Source: Anaeramoeba ignava BMAN (Eukaryota; Protista; Anaeramoebae). From it: DNA of 64,000 bases. The DNA lies in the NCBI GenBank assembly GCA_028826165.1, contig JAPDFW010000089.1, positions 124,001 through 188,000 on the forward strand. The letters are read 5' to 3'. Shown here piece after piece: positions 25,986-38,100 of this stretch. Numbering within the stretch: position 1 is the stretch's first letter; each line of letters begins with the position of its first letter. The notes below the pieces were generated by a model. It searched no databases. It was not told the DNA's origin and saw only the letters and a list, made by a program, of their open reading frames with translations. The position numbers and the translations under genes are program-made.

Positions 25986-26924
25986 TTAATTGAGTTCGTT
26001 TCCTGCTTTGAGCTTCCCAATTTGTGTTGTTAATTCATTTATTAGAATATTTTTCTGAGATAATTCATTTCGAAGTTGTTCGTTTTCTTGATGAAGTTCT
26101 TTAAGTTTTCCACTTAAAACAATATTTTCCATTTTAAGTTCTTCATTTTGAGTTTGAATATCAACAATTTGACGTTCATTGACTTTTTGTTCTTCTTTTG
26201 TTTTTTTGCTATTTATTTCTTCTAACTAAAAATTAATTAAAAAAATTAATTAAAAAAATTTCGAAATTAAAAATGAAAAAAAATAAATGAAAAAAAGAAA
26301 CAAAATAAAATAAATTAGAATTAATCAAAAATACGAAAGGATCAGATGAAGATTTAAAGAGAGCCAATATGTGAGTGTATGAGAATACGTATAGATTTTG
26401 TGATTGTATAAAATTAAAAGATAAAATTAAAAATAAAAAAAAAAGCAAAAAAAAAAGAGTTAAAAATTTAAAAGAATTTTGAAAGAAAAACTCAACTGTC
26501 AGTTAAAAAAAAAATTAAAGAAACTTGAAAATATTGAAAACTAAAGGAAAAAAGAAACGCTTACTTTTTGTTTTTCCTCATCTTTTACTTGAGTAGCTTT
26601 TCTTTTTTTCTTTTTCTTCTTTTGTTTTTTTGGGTTTGGTTGAATTTGTTTTATCTTTTGAAATGAAAATAAAAATAAATATAAATATAAAAATAAAGCA
26701 AGAGAGAAAATTAGTTATTTTTAATAAAAATGAAAAAGAAAGGAGTTTATCAAGTTGAAAAATTTTTTTTTTTATTATACTTTTCTATAATTCGTTAGTC
26801 TGCACTTATTACATATCCTTGTAGATTTGGAATATTCATCAGAAAGTGGGATCATTAATTTAGTTGGTCTTGGTCGAGAAAAATCAACCAAAGAAACTCC
26901 ACAACAACAACAATGTGAATCCAT
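25986..26924 (-). CDS. Small hypothetical protein with a Cys-rich N-terminus, basic patch and coiled coil (multi-exon)
   Basis: Exons read MDSHCCCCGVSLVDF...ICNKCRLTNYRK, KKQKKKKKKRK and LEEINSKK...ELHQENEQLRNELSQK...LN*. It is missed by the ORF track. Confidence 0.5.
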
Positions 26925-27627
26925 TTGTGTTGATTTCAAATATTTATTAATATTATTTTGTTTGTGTATTTATTTATTTTATTATTTTTGTTATTATTTT
27001 TATTTTTATTAATTTTTTTTTTTATTTTTTTTCTTCCAAAAAAAAATAAAAAACTGAAACTGAAAAAAAAAAATGGAAATATAATTTAAAGGCGAAGAAA
27101 AATGATTAAGCGTTTTGTTTTTTTATTTTTTTGTTTTGGAATGAAAGCTTTGGGATCTTATTTGAATATTAATTGCTTCTTTTTTTAATAAAAAAAAAAA
27201 GTTTACAAAAAAAAAATTTCAAAAGGCAAAAGCAATTATTTTTATTTATTCCTTTCAAAATAATTGTTTTTTTTTTTTGATGATTTGTCTTTTTATTTAT
27301 TTAATTTTTTTTAACTAATTTTTTTAACTAATTTTTTTATTTAATTAGTTATTTGTTAGGTGAATTTTGCTTTTAAAAATTTTAATTTTATTTTCATTTT
27401 TTAAATAATGGATTGTTGAAGAAAATAGATACAATAATAATTTAAAATTAAAAGAAATTAAAGAAAGAAAAAGGGATAATTTTTTTATTTTTAATTTCTT
27501 TTTTTTTGTTGCTTTCATTGATCTATTTTTAATTAAAAAAAAAAAAAAAAGATAAAAAAAAAGAGAAAAAGAGGAAAGATATTTTTCACCTTTTTTTTAA
27601 TTTTAAAAATTATATTTAAATTTTGAT

Positions 27628-29301
27628 TTAAATTTGTTGATTTTCATTTGGAATTTCAACTTCTTCAAGATCTTTAAAAGTTGCTTCATGAATTTTTTTT
27701 TGATACAAATAACGAATCCAAAGAGATTTAGAAGAATCTGGAGAAGGATCTTCGAATAGGAACAGTTTTGATTTAGGATAATCACCATATATTTTAAGTT
27801 TTGAATCTTCAACTTGGAATTGAAGTTGTGATGTAACATCAATATATTTATCTGATTTTAGATCTCCATATCTTGCTTCTTGAATTATTAATCCATCCTT
27901 TTTTTCTTCTTTTTCTCTTCTTATATTAACTGATTGTTGAAGTAAATCAGAATAAAGATTTGAAATTTGTTGATTTTTATTTTCAGTTGAATCTTCATCT
28001 TTTGTTTCTTCACTAAAAAATAATTATATAAATATAAATATAAATATAAATATAAAAAATAATTCAATTTTGCTTACTTATTTTTGCGTATCAATTTTTT
28101 CCAAACTAAATTAATTACAAATTTTTTCACAAAAATAAAGATTGTTGAAGGTATTACAACGTAAGAAAGAAAAGATACAAGATCTAGTTTATCTGTAAGG
28201 AGAATTGGTATATTAACATGAAACTTATTACTATCAAAACTACAAATTAATTTTAAATATAATAATTTTAAATATGATAGTTTAGTTTAAATAATAAAAT
28301 TCCTACCCTAAATTCAAAGAAATTCCCTTCAATCCAATAGAAAAAAACCCAGATAATGTAGTATTATTAGTGATTTGATGATGAATTCCAAATTGTAAGC
28401 CAACATATTTTTGAATGAAATTTGTATTTGAAAATTCAAATTTGTGATTTTTAGAAGCATTATGAAAATTTTGATAAAATCCAAACTCAAATCTTGGTAT
28501 TAAATGATCAAAATATAAAGAAGGGTTTAAAAAAGGATGAGTGAAAGATGTTTTGAAAAAAAATCTTGTTTTCGAATCAGTTTGTTCATGAGAAAACATG
28601 AATTTTCCTTTTAAAAAATCAAATTCAACAGCACCATTTTTGTGTTGGAGTTTTAATAAAGGAAGTAAATAGTTCGATTCCAAACGAAGATGTAATAATG
28701 GGTCTTTGAGATTTACATAAGGAATTTTTGAGAAGGATTTGTAAGCATGAGCATTTATCATTAAAGGTGGTTTTTTTGGATCATTTCTATTTGCATTTAA
28801 GGTTGATGAAATTGTATTTGTGATTGAGTTTGGTAATTGCTGTTTCGTAATTAGTTTGATTTTAGGAGTCTTCTCTTCAGAGAATCCTATTTGTGTATTG
28901 AATTCATAGTTTTTTGAAATTGAGCCACCAAATAAAACATTAAATTTTGGTTCAAAAAGTAATGGTGATTTTTTAATTAAGGATTGAATTAATATTTGTG
29001 ATTTATTTGTTGGTTTTATTTCAATATTATTTTGTAATTGAATTTTGGAAATGATAGGGTTTTGTCTTTTAACATTTTGATTCCAGAAATTCTGTTTTTT
29101 ATAATTAGAAAAAAATTGATTCAAATTTAATCCAATTTTTATAAAAATATTATTTTTTGGAAATGAAAAATTTTGATTTTGATTTTCATTTTGATTTTCA
29201 TTTCGATTTTCATTTTGATTTTCTGTTTGATTATTTTTAATTAATTCAAAAATTGGTTTATCAAAAAATCCAACTTGAAAATTTTGTTGATTATCATTCA
29301 T
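27628..29301 (-). CDS. DNAJC11-like protein (DUF3395 C-terminus) with no detectable J domain
   Basis: The last exon reads GLIIQEARYG...IDVTSQLQFQVEDSKL...EDPSPDSSKSLWIRYLY...HEATF..EVEIP. The middle exon has IPILLTD plus a TM segment. Confidence 0.75.
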
Positions 29302-29597
29302 TTTTAAATTAAAAAAGAAAAAAGAAAAAAAATGAAAAAAAAAAAATTATTATTTTTTATTAAAATGAATAATAATGATGGTTAAATTAATAATTTTTCT
29401 CTTTTATTTTTATTATTTTTATTTCTATTTCTTTTTCTATTTTTATTTTCTCTTTTTTCTTATCAAAAAAAAAAGGAAAAAATAAGAAAAAAAAAAATAT
29501 TAAAATTTCATTTTTTTTTAAACACTTTCTTTCTTTCTTTCCTTTATTTCTTTCTTTTTTATAAGTCCCAAACATTTTATTTGTTTTTTGTTTTACA

Positions 29598-31524
29598 ATG
29601 TCAAAAGAATATTATAAGATTGTACTTATTGGAGGAGGTTCAGGTAAATTTATAATATAAATCAAAACATTTCCTTTTAAAATTTTATAAAAAAAATTTT
29701 TTTAAAAGCAAAATAAATCAAAATTAAAAAAAAAAATAAATTTTTTTAAAAAATCGAAATTTTGAATTGATTTTTTTTATTTTTATCAACGTTTTTTTTT
29801 TTTCGATAATTTTTAGTTGGAAAGTCTTGTTTAACAGTTCAATATCTTCATGGAAGATTTCACCAAGATTATGATCCAACAATTGGTAAGAAGAAATATA
29901 TTTAGATTTTGTAATATTGTGTCATGTATTTGCTTAATTTTAAAAAATTTTATTTTTTTTGTGTTTTTTTTTATAGAACAATCATATCAAAAAGAAACAG
30001 AAATTGATAATAAAGAAGTTACCCTTGAAATTATTGATACTGCTGGTCAGGAAGAATATCGTTCTGTTAGAGATAAAGTAATTAGAATGATCGAGATTTT
30101 AATTATAAATTCAATTATAAAATTAATTATAAATATAATTATAAATTTCATTATAAATACAAATATAAATATAAATATAATTATAATTATAAATTTAATT
30201 ATAAATTTAATTATAAATTTAATTATAAATTTAATTATAAATATAATTATAAATTTAATTATAAATTTAACTATAAATATAATTATAAATTTAATTATAA
30301 ATTTAATTATAAATTTAATTCTAAATTTAATTCTAAATTTAATTCTAAATATAATTATAAATTTAATTATAAATTTAATTCTAAATTTAATTATAAATTT
30401 AATTATAAAAATATAAATATAAATTTAATTATAAAAATTTAATTAATTTAAATTTAATTAATTAAATTTAATTATAAATTTAATTATAAATTTAATTATA
30501 AATTTAATTATAAATTTAATTCTAAATTTAATTCTAAATTTAATTCTAAATTTAATTATAAATTTAATTATAAATTTAATTATAAATTTAATTATAAATT
30601 TAATTATAAATATAAATTATAAATTTTTAATTAAATAAAAATTAAAATATAAATTTAATTATAAATTTAATTATAAATTTAATTTAAATTTAATTCTAAA
30701 TTTAATTCTAAATTTAATTATAAATATAAATATAAAATTCATTGATTATAAATATAAATATAAATTCATTCTAAATTTGATTATAAATTTAATTCTATTT
30801 TAGTATATTTCAACTGGTCAAGCTTTTTTAATTGTTTATAGTATCATTTCAAGAACAAGCTTTATTGAAGCTAAACAACTTCATCAGGCAGTTAAAAGAG
30901 CAAAAGGACCAAAAGGTGCTCCTGTAATTACAGTTGCAAATAAATCGGGTAATTTTTAATTTAGTTTTTAAACTAAAGGTTAAATTGAATGTTAATTTTT
31001 ATACTACTTTTTTAGATCTTCATGAAGAAAGGGTTGTTACAGTTGAATCTGGCGAGGAATTAGCAGCAGAATTTTCTAGTCTTTATTTTGAAACGTATAC
31101 AGTTTCTCAATTATAAATATAAATATAAATATAAATATAAATATAAATATAAATATTAATATAAATATAAATATTAATATAAATATAAATATAAATATAA
31201 ATATTAATATAAATATAAATATAAATATAAATATAAATATAAATATTAATATAAATATAAATATTTAATATAAATATAAATATAAATATAAATATAAATA
31301 TAAATATAAATTTAAATATAAATATAAATCGGAATGAAAATTTATCCAAAAATTCTCTTTTTTTTAGTTCTGCAAAAACTGGAAGTAATGTAGCAGAATG
31401 TTTTCAACAATTAGTTCGTGAATTGAGAAAGAGAAAAGATACAATTTCTGAAAATCAACCAAAATCAAATCCACAAAAAGAAGTTAATAAAAGTGAAGGT
31501 GGTGGTTGCTGCATTATTTTATAA
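29598..31524 (+). CDS. Ras-family small GTPase (6 exons)
   Basis: [31 protein letters not shown] and C-terminal CCIIL CaaX. Confidence 0.92.
30100..30795. repeat. Intronic 12-bp array (AATTATAAATTT)n in the Ras gene
   Basis: Same unit as the PNP intron array. Confidence 0.85.
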
Positions 31525-32001
31525 CTCATTTTTTTTTTGATTATTTTCCTTTTTCTTTTCCTTCTTTTTGATTGGATGTGAACTAATTCGTTTTGGCACA
31601 AATATAATACCAAAACCTAACAAAAAAAAACAAAAGAAGGAAGTGAAAATTTTTAAGTTTTTTTTTCTATTTTTTTTTACTTTTACTTTTTTACTTTTTT
31701 GAAAACAAGAAAAAAGAAAAAATTTGATTAAAAATCAAACAAAAAAACAAAATAAACAAAAAATTAAATTTTTTCCACTTTTTCTTTTCCACTTTTCCTT
31801 TTTAATTTATTTTCCTAACCGTTAATTATTAATTTAATTAATTTATTTTATTAATTTATTTTATTAATTTATTGTATTTATTTTCCAATTAAAAATCGTT
31901 AAATCAAAAATAAAAAAAATTTTTTATTTTTCTTTTTTTTTTCAAATTCATTTTCTATTTTCATTTTCTTTTTTTATTTTAAAAACAAAAAACACAAAAA
32001 A

Positions 32002-34896
32002 ATGAACTTTATAAAAGCATTAGGAAAATTAATAATTGGAGATTCAGAAGACAATAAACCAGAAACACCAGAAATCAATGCAACACTTTATCAAATAAAA
32101 GATGCTCAGAACATGTCTGTTTTCTTTATAGATTGCAAAGTAAAAACAGTTCTAGTCTCAGAAGATCCAATTCAATATGAATTAGTGATTTCACCAATTA
32201 TAAATGAGAATCCAAATCAAGATGAAGATGATTCAGAAAGTGATGAAGAAATCCGCGATCCAAAAAAAGTTTCAATTACACCATTTATTTATTTGACAGA
32301 AACAAAGACAAAACAAGCAAACGTTGGATTTATTTGGAAAAAACCCGGTGAAGAGGCCTTTCTTCTTGAAATCGAACCAAGCCAATCGAATGAGTTGATT
32401 GATCAATTCCGTCTTAGTATTTGTTTGGCTATCTATGAAAATCAATATCAAAAAGTTTTTGATCAACAAGAAGATAATTTATATGAATTTTGCCAATTAA
32501 TGGAACTTAATGATTTTTTTGAAATGTTGAAACTTAAAATGCAACAAGCAAAAATGGAGCGAGATTTAAGACAATTTACTGAAAAGCAATTTGCTCAGCA
32601 AAACCCTATTGAAACAAATCAAATGAATCAAACAAATCAAACAAATCAAACAAATCAAATGAATCAAACAAATCAAATGAATAAAATGAATCAAATGAAT
32701 CAAACAAATCAAACAAATCAAACAAATCAAATTAATCAAATTAATCAAACAAATCAAACTCCAAAAAAGCAAATAAATCAAACTCCAAAAAAACAAACTG
32801 CCAAAAAAACAACTGCCAAAAAACAAACTCCAAAAAAACAAACTCCAAAAAAACAAATAAATCAAACCCCAAAAAAACAAACTGCCAAAAAAACAACTGC
32901 CAAAAAAACAACTGCCAAAAAACAAACTCCAAAAAAACAAACTCCAAAAAAACAAACTCCAAAAAAAATTAATTTTACAACTCCAAAAATTTCAGCAGAA
33001 GATCCATTTTCACCACAAAAAATGGGAAAAACATTGAAACTTACCCAAATTGAAGGAACTGTCAAAGTTCAATTGAAATGCGATATATTTCTTTTTGAAA
33101 ACGCAACACAACAATTCATACCTTGGTCTAAAACATCACAAATAGCGATTTCAGAACCAGTAGAATTTATTTATAACATTTACTTTACTGACAGTTTTGG
33201 GAATTTATTAGGAAAACAAGTCATAAATAACGATATGCATTTGAGTTTTTCAGAAAAAGAAAAGTTTTGCCAATGGATTCAACAGATTTCAAATGACTGG
33301 TTTCTTTGGAAAATTGTTTTTAGCGACTTGAATTCTTTTTTGGAATTCCAGAAAAATTTTGTTATGTGTTTATGGGAAACAAACAATAAATTAAGATTCC
33401 AAAAAGCAACAAATACTGATTATATTTTTGATGCTTTTAAGGAAACAGAAATACCAGATGATGGTTCAAATGATTATGAACTTGGGGATTTTGAAGATGG
33501 AGAAATTGAAATTATGAATCAAAGCGAATATGAAGATGAAGATGAAGATGAAAATGAAAATTTAATTGAAGATGAAAATCAAATTGAAAATGAATTTAAA
33601 AATTTAAATTTAAATCAAAATCAAAATCAAAATCAAAATCAAAATGAAGATGAATATGTTTCAGAAGCAGATATCTCCGATGAACAAGAAGATCAAGCAA
33701 TTCAAGAACAGCCAAAAATATCAGGCGACCAAGATAAAGAACAAGAACAAGAATACGTGACTGAATCATATGAAACTGAAGATGATGAGCAATATCAATC
33801 AAGTGAAAATGAAGCAAGTGAAGATGAAGATGAATCAGATGATGACGAACTAAGTGAAGTATTATCCAAAATGCGAATCAAAAAAAGACAAGAAGATTCA
33901 AATAAACATCTTGCTGTTGGAAGATGCAACGATCGGTCTTTCATTGTGAGAGGATCCAAAGTGGGAGTGTTCAAACACACACCGAACGAAATCAAATTTA
34001 TTCACACAATTGAAGATATCAATGATAATGATGAAAAAGTGTTTGCACCTTCAAAAGTTATGCTTCACAATCAAGATTCCTCAATGCTTCTTTTAAATCC
34101 CCGAGATGACAAGAAAATATACCAACTGGATCTTAATCGAGGAGAAGTTGTTGAGGAATGGACAGGAAATCAAGATATTCCGATCCAAAAAATATTCCCG
34201 CGCTCAAAATTAGCACAAACAACATCAGAAAATATATTTGGAGGAATGAATTCAAACAGTCTTTTCTTGATCGATCCAAGACTCCGAAAAAATAAGATTG
34301 TATCGACTCAAAAATACACTTACGCACCAACCTCCAAACCTCAATTATCATGCACAGCAACAACTAATGATGGACATCTTGTTGTTGGTTCACGAACCGG
34401 AGAAATCCGGCTATTTTCAGACATCAATAAACGTGCTAAAACAAGTCTTCCTGGATTTGGAGATCCTATTTTGGGCGTGGATACAACAGGCGATGGAAAA
34501 TGGGTTCTTGCAACTTGTAGTACTTATTTATTAGTAATCCGAACAGAAATGGAAAATGGAAAAACTGGATTTCAAGTTCGAATGGGAAAAGAAAAACCGA
34601 TTCCAAAAAGGCTCCAGCTTAAACATGAACATATTGCTCTTGTGGGTGGCACTGTTAATTTCACTCACGCTCATTTTAATATCGGTGATACTGGTGAAAG
34701 AAGTATTGTTACTAGTACTGGTCCTTTTGTTGTCACTTGGAATTTCCGTAAAGTCAAACAGAATCGTCTTCAAGAATATCAGATTAAAAAATATAATGAT
34801 GTTGTTGTTCAGGATGAGTTTGTATATAATGATCAATCTGTTGTTGTTGCTTTTCCTAATGCTGTTACTATTGCTACAAGAAAAGATAAGAAATAA
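32002..34896 (+). CDS. VID27: Vacuolar import and degradation protein 27 (VID27/CYPRO4) family
   Basis: Intronless 964-aa ORF. The C-terminal propeller has DRSFIVRGSKVGVFK, LDLNRGEVVEEW, AKTSLPGFGDPILGVDTTGDGKWVLATC and TSTGPFVVTWNF. Confidence 0.9.
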   Translation: MNFIKALGKLIIGDSEDNKPETPEINATLYQIKDAQNMSVFFIDCKVKTVLVSEDPIQYELVISPIINENPNQDEDDSESDEEIRDPKKVSITPFIYLTETKTKQANVGFIWKKPGEEAFLLEIEPSQSNELIDQFRLSICLAIYENQYQKVFDQQEDNLYEFCQLMELNDFFEMLKLKMQQAKMERDLRQFTEKQFAQQNPIETNQMNQTNQTNQTNQMNQTNQMNKMNQMNQTNQTNQTNQINQINQTNQTPKKQINQTPKKQTAKKTTAKKQTPKKQTPKKQINQTPKKQTAKKTTAKKTTAKKQTPKKQTPKKQTPKKINFTTPKISAEDPFSPQKMGKTLKLTQIEGTVKVQLKCDIFLFENATQQFIPWSKTSQIAISEPVEFIYNIYFTDSFGNLLGKQVINNDMHLSFSEKEKFCQWIQQISNDWFLWKIVFSDLNSFLEFQKNFVMCLWETNNKLRFQKATNTDYIFDAFKETEIPDDGSNDYELGDFEDGEIEIMNQSEYEDEDEDENENLIEDENQIENEFKNLNLNQNQNQNQNQNEDEYVSEADISDEQEDQAIQEQPKISGDQDKEQEQEYVTESYETEDDEQYQSSENEASEDEDESDDDELSEVLSKMRIKKRQEDSNKHLAVGRCNDRSFIVRGSKVGVFKHTPNEIKFIHTIEDINDNDEKVFAPSKVMLHNQDSSMLLLNPRDDKKIYQLDLNRGEVVEEWTGNQDIPIQKIFPRSKLAQTTSENIFGGMNSNSLFLIDPRLRKNKIVSTQKYTYAPTSKPQLSCTATTNDGHLVVGSRTGEIRLFSDINKRAKTSLPGFGDPILGVDTTGDGKWVLATCSTYLLVIRTEMENGKTGFQVRMGKEKPIPKRLQLKHEHIALVGGTVNFTHAHFNIGDTGERSIVTSTGPFVVTWNFRKVKQNRLQEYQIKKYNDVVVQDEFVYNDQSVVVAFPNAVTIATRKDKK

Positions 34897-35179
34897 GTGA
34901 TCTAATTAAAATTTTTCTTTTTCTTTTTTTTTTCTTTTTTTTTGCTTTTTTGCCATTTGAAATTTTCTTTTTTTTCTTTTTTAAAATTAAAATTAATTAA
35001 AATTAATTTCTTTCTTTTCTTTCTTCTTTCTTCTTTCTTCTTTCTTCTTGTTGAAAATTCTCAAAAAAAAAATTTATTTTTAATTTTAATTTTTAATTTT
35101 CATTTTTTCTTTTTCTTTTAAAAAATAAAAATATATAAAAATAAAATTTAATTTAATTTAATTAAAATTTCAAAAAAAA

Positions 35180-38100
35180 ATGAAAGAATTTAATCAAAAT
35201 AACACATCTCCGTTAATTTTTCATAAAGAAATGCTTTTAAATTGGGCAAATGAACAATTAAGTCGTAAAAGTTATCAACCAATTCAAGACGTTAAAGAAT
35301 TAAAGGTTTTATTTTCCAAAAATAAAATAAAATGAAATAAAATAAAAAAACAAAAAAAAAAACAACCGAAACTTCTTCTTTTTATTATAAAAAATAAATA
35401 TTTATATATTTATATTTTCTTTCTTGATCTTAAACTTGATTTTATAGGATGGTTCATCTTTACTTCATTTATTTTCTATTATTTCACAGATTCAAGAAAA
35501 TGATATTTTAAAAGGAGATAAATCAAAAAATGAAATTTTAATTGAATATTTGAAAGCAGTTAATTATCAATTTTATCTTTGTTCACCTGATGATATTGAA
35601 AAAGTAGTTCCTTCTTTATTTATTTATATAAAAATTTACAAATATACAAATTTAAAAATTTAAAAAATGTTTATTTTAATTATTTAAGGGATTTGAAGAA
35701 GAGATATTAGCTTTTTTAACTGGGTTATATTTGTGGTATAACCAAAAAGTATCTGTCAACTTTAATTTGAAAATTAAAATTAAAATTAAAATTAAAATCA
35801 AAATTCAAAATTAAAATTAAAATCAAAATCAAAATCAAAATTTAAAATTAAAATTAAAATTAAAATTAAATTAAAATTTAAAATTAAAATTAAAATTAAA
35901 ATTAAAATTCAAATTCAAAATCAAAATTAAAATTCAAAATTAAATTAAAATTAAAATTAAAATCAAAATTCAAAATCAAAATTCAAAATTAAAATCAAAA
36001 TTAAAATTAAAATTAAAATTAAAATGAAATTCAAAATCAAAATCAAATTCAAAATCAAAATCAAAATTAAAATTAAAATTAATGAACATAGCTCAAAAAT
36101 TTACAGAAGAATAATTTTGTTATTATTCTGTAAATTTTGAATGGGAATCTCTTTTAAAAACTCTTTTTTTTAAGTTCACAGAATAATAATAAAAATTATT
36201 CTTCTGTGGAATCAAAAAATTCGTCAAAATTCGTCAAAATTCGACCCAAATTTCTTAAAAAATTGAGAAAAAATTTTCCCTAATTCCTAAAATTCATAAA
36301 TTTCTTCTTTTTTTCATTCAAAATTTTTTGCTTTTCTTTTCTTTCCTCATCATTTTTCCCAACTTTTTGGGTTTTTCACAAGTTCATTAAAAGGGTTAAT
36401 AAATTCAACACGAATTCGAAAATTATTATTTTCTTCAAATTTTTTTTTCAAAAATATTTTTTCACTCGCGTCGTTACACTCCGCTCGTGAAAAAAACAAA
36501 ATTTTTTTTCTCGTTATCACTCGAAAAAAAAAGATTTTAAAAAAAATTTTTAGAAAATAATAATTTTCTTATTATCGTGTTAAAATTTATTAACCCCCCA
36601 TTAAAATTAAAATTAAAATTAAAATTGAAATCAAAATCAAAATCAAAACGAAAATCAAAATCAAAATCAAAATCAAAATCAAAATCAAAATCCAAATTAA
36701 AATTAAAATTAAAATTAAAATTAAAATTAAAATTAAAATTAAAATCAAAATTAAAATCAAAATCAAAATCAAAATTAAAATCAAAATCAAATTCAAAATC
36801 AAAATCAAAATTAAAATTCAAAATTAAAATCAAAATTCAAAATTAAAATTAAAATCAAAATTAAAATTAAAATCAAAATCAAAATTAAATTTAAAATTAA
36901 AATTAAAATTAAAATTAAAATCAAAATTAATATTAAAATTAAAATTAAAATTAAAATTAAAATTAAAATTAAAATTAAAATCAAAATTTAAATCAAAATT
37001 AAAATTAAAATCAAAATTAAAATCAAAATCAAAATTAAAATTAAAATCAAAATTAAAATCAAAATCAAAATTAAAATTAAAATTAAAATTAAAATTAAAA
37101 TTAAAATCAAAATTAAAATTAAAATTAAAATTAAAAATTAAAATTAAAATTAAAATTAAAATTAAAATCAAAATCAAAATTAAAATTAAAATTAAAATTA
37201 AAATCAAAATCAAAATTAAAATTAAAATTAAAATTAAAATTAAAATTAAAATTAAAATTAAAAATCAAAATTAAAATTAAAATCAAAATTAAAATCAAAA
37301 TTAAAATTAAAATTTAAATTAAAATTAAAATTAAAATTAAAATTAAAATTAAAATTAAAATCAAAATCAAAATCAAAATTAAAATTAAAATCAAATTCAA
37401 AATTAAAATCAAAATTTAAATTTAAATTGAAAATAAGAAAAAAATCCAAATGAAATCTACAAAAGCAACACCAAAAAGTCGAATAAAAAGAATGGCATTT
37501 GAAGAAAAAGCAAATACACAAAAACATTTTCATAATTATTTGACAGAATCCAAGACTAATTACATGCATCGACCACCAAGAAAAGGATCATTAGGAGGAG
37601 AAGAAAATTATCGGTTAATAAAAACACCGACAAAACTAGTGCACAATCAACGAGCACAAACAACAGCAATGGGGATTCCATTCTATTCAGAATATGAATA
37701 TGGACCATCCCCAATAGGAATAGGAAATGATTCTTTTCCGTTTTCAGAAACAGAATTCACTCCATCAAGAGTTTATAAAACAAACACCTTTTTATCAAAT
37801 AAACCGTTTTCTATTCATAATTTACCAAGAAGAGAACTTTTTTTCGAAAATCAACAACCTTATTCTTTTGAACCTTTTCGTGTTGAAATTCCAAGTGAAA
37901 TAAATGATTTAATTAATAAGGAAAAACAACTCAATGATGAAACACAACAATTTATCAATTCTGTTATAAAAAAAACAACGATGCTCATGAAAATCAAAAC
38001 AAAATTAAAAAGAAATGTTGCTGAGAAAATTGAAGCCAAAAATAAAGAGAAAGCAAAACGAGACTTCAAGAATATTTACCCCAAAATGCATTTTGGAAAC

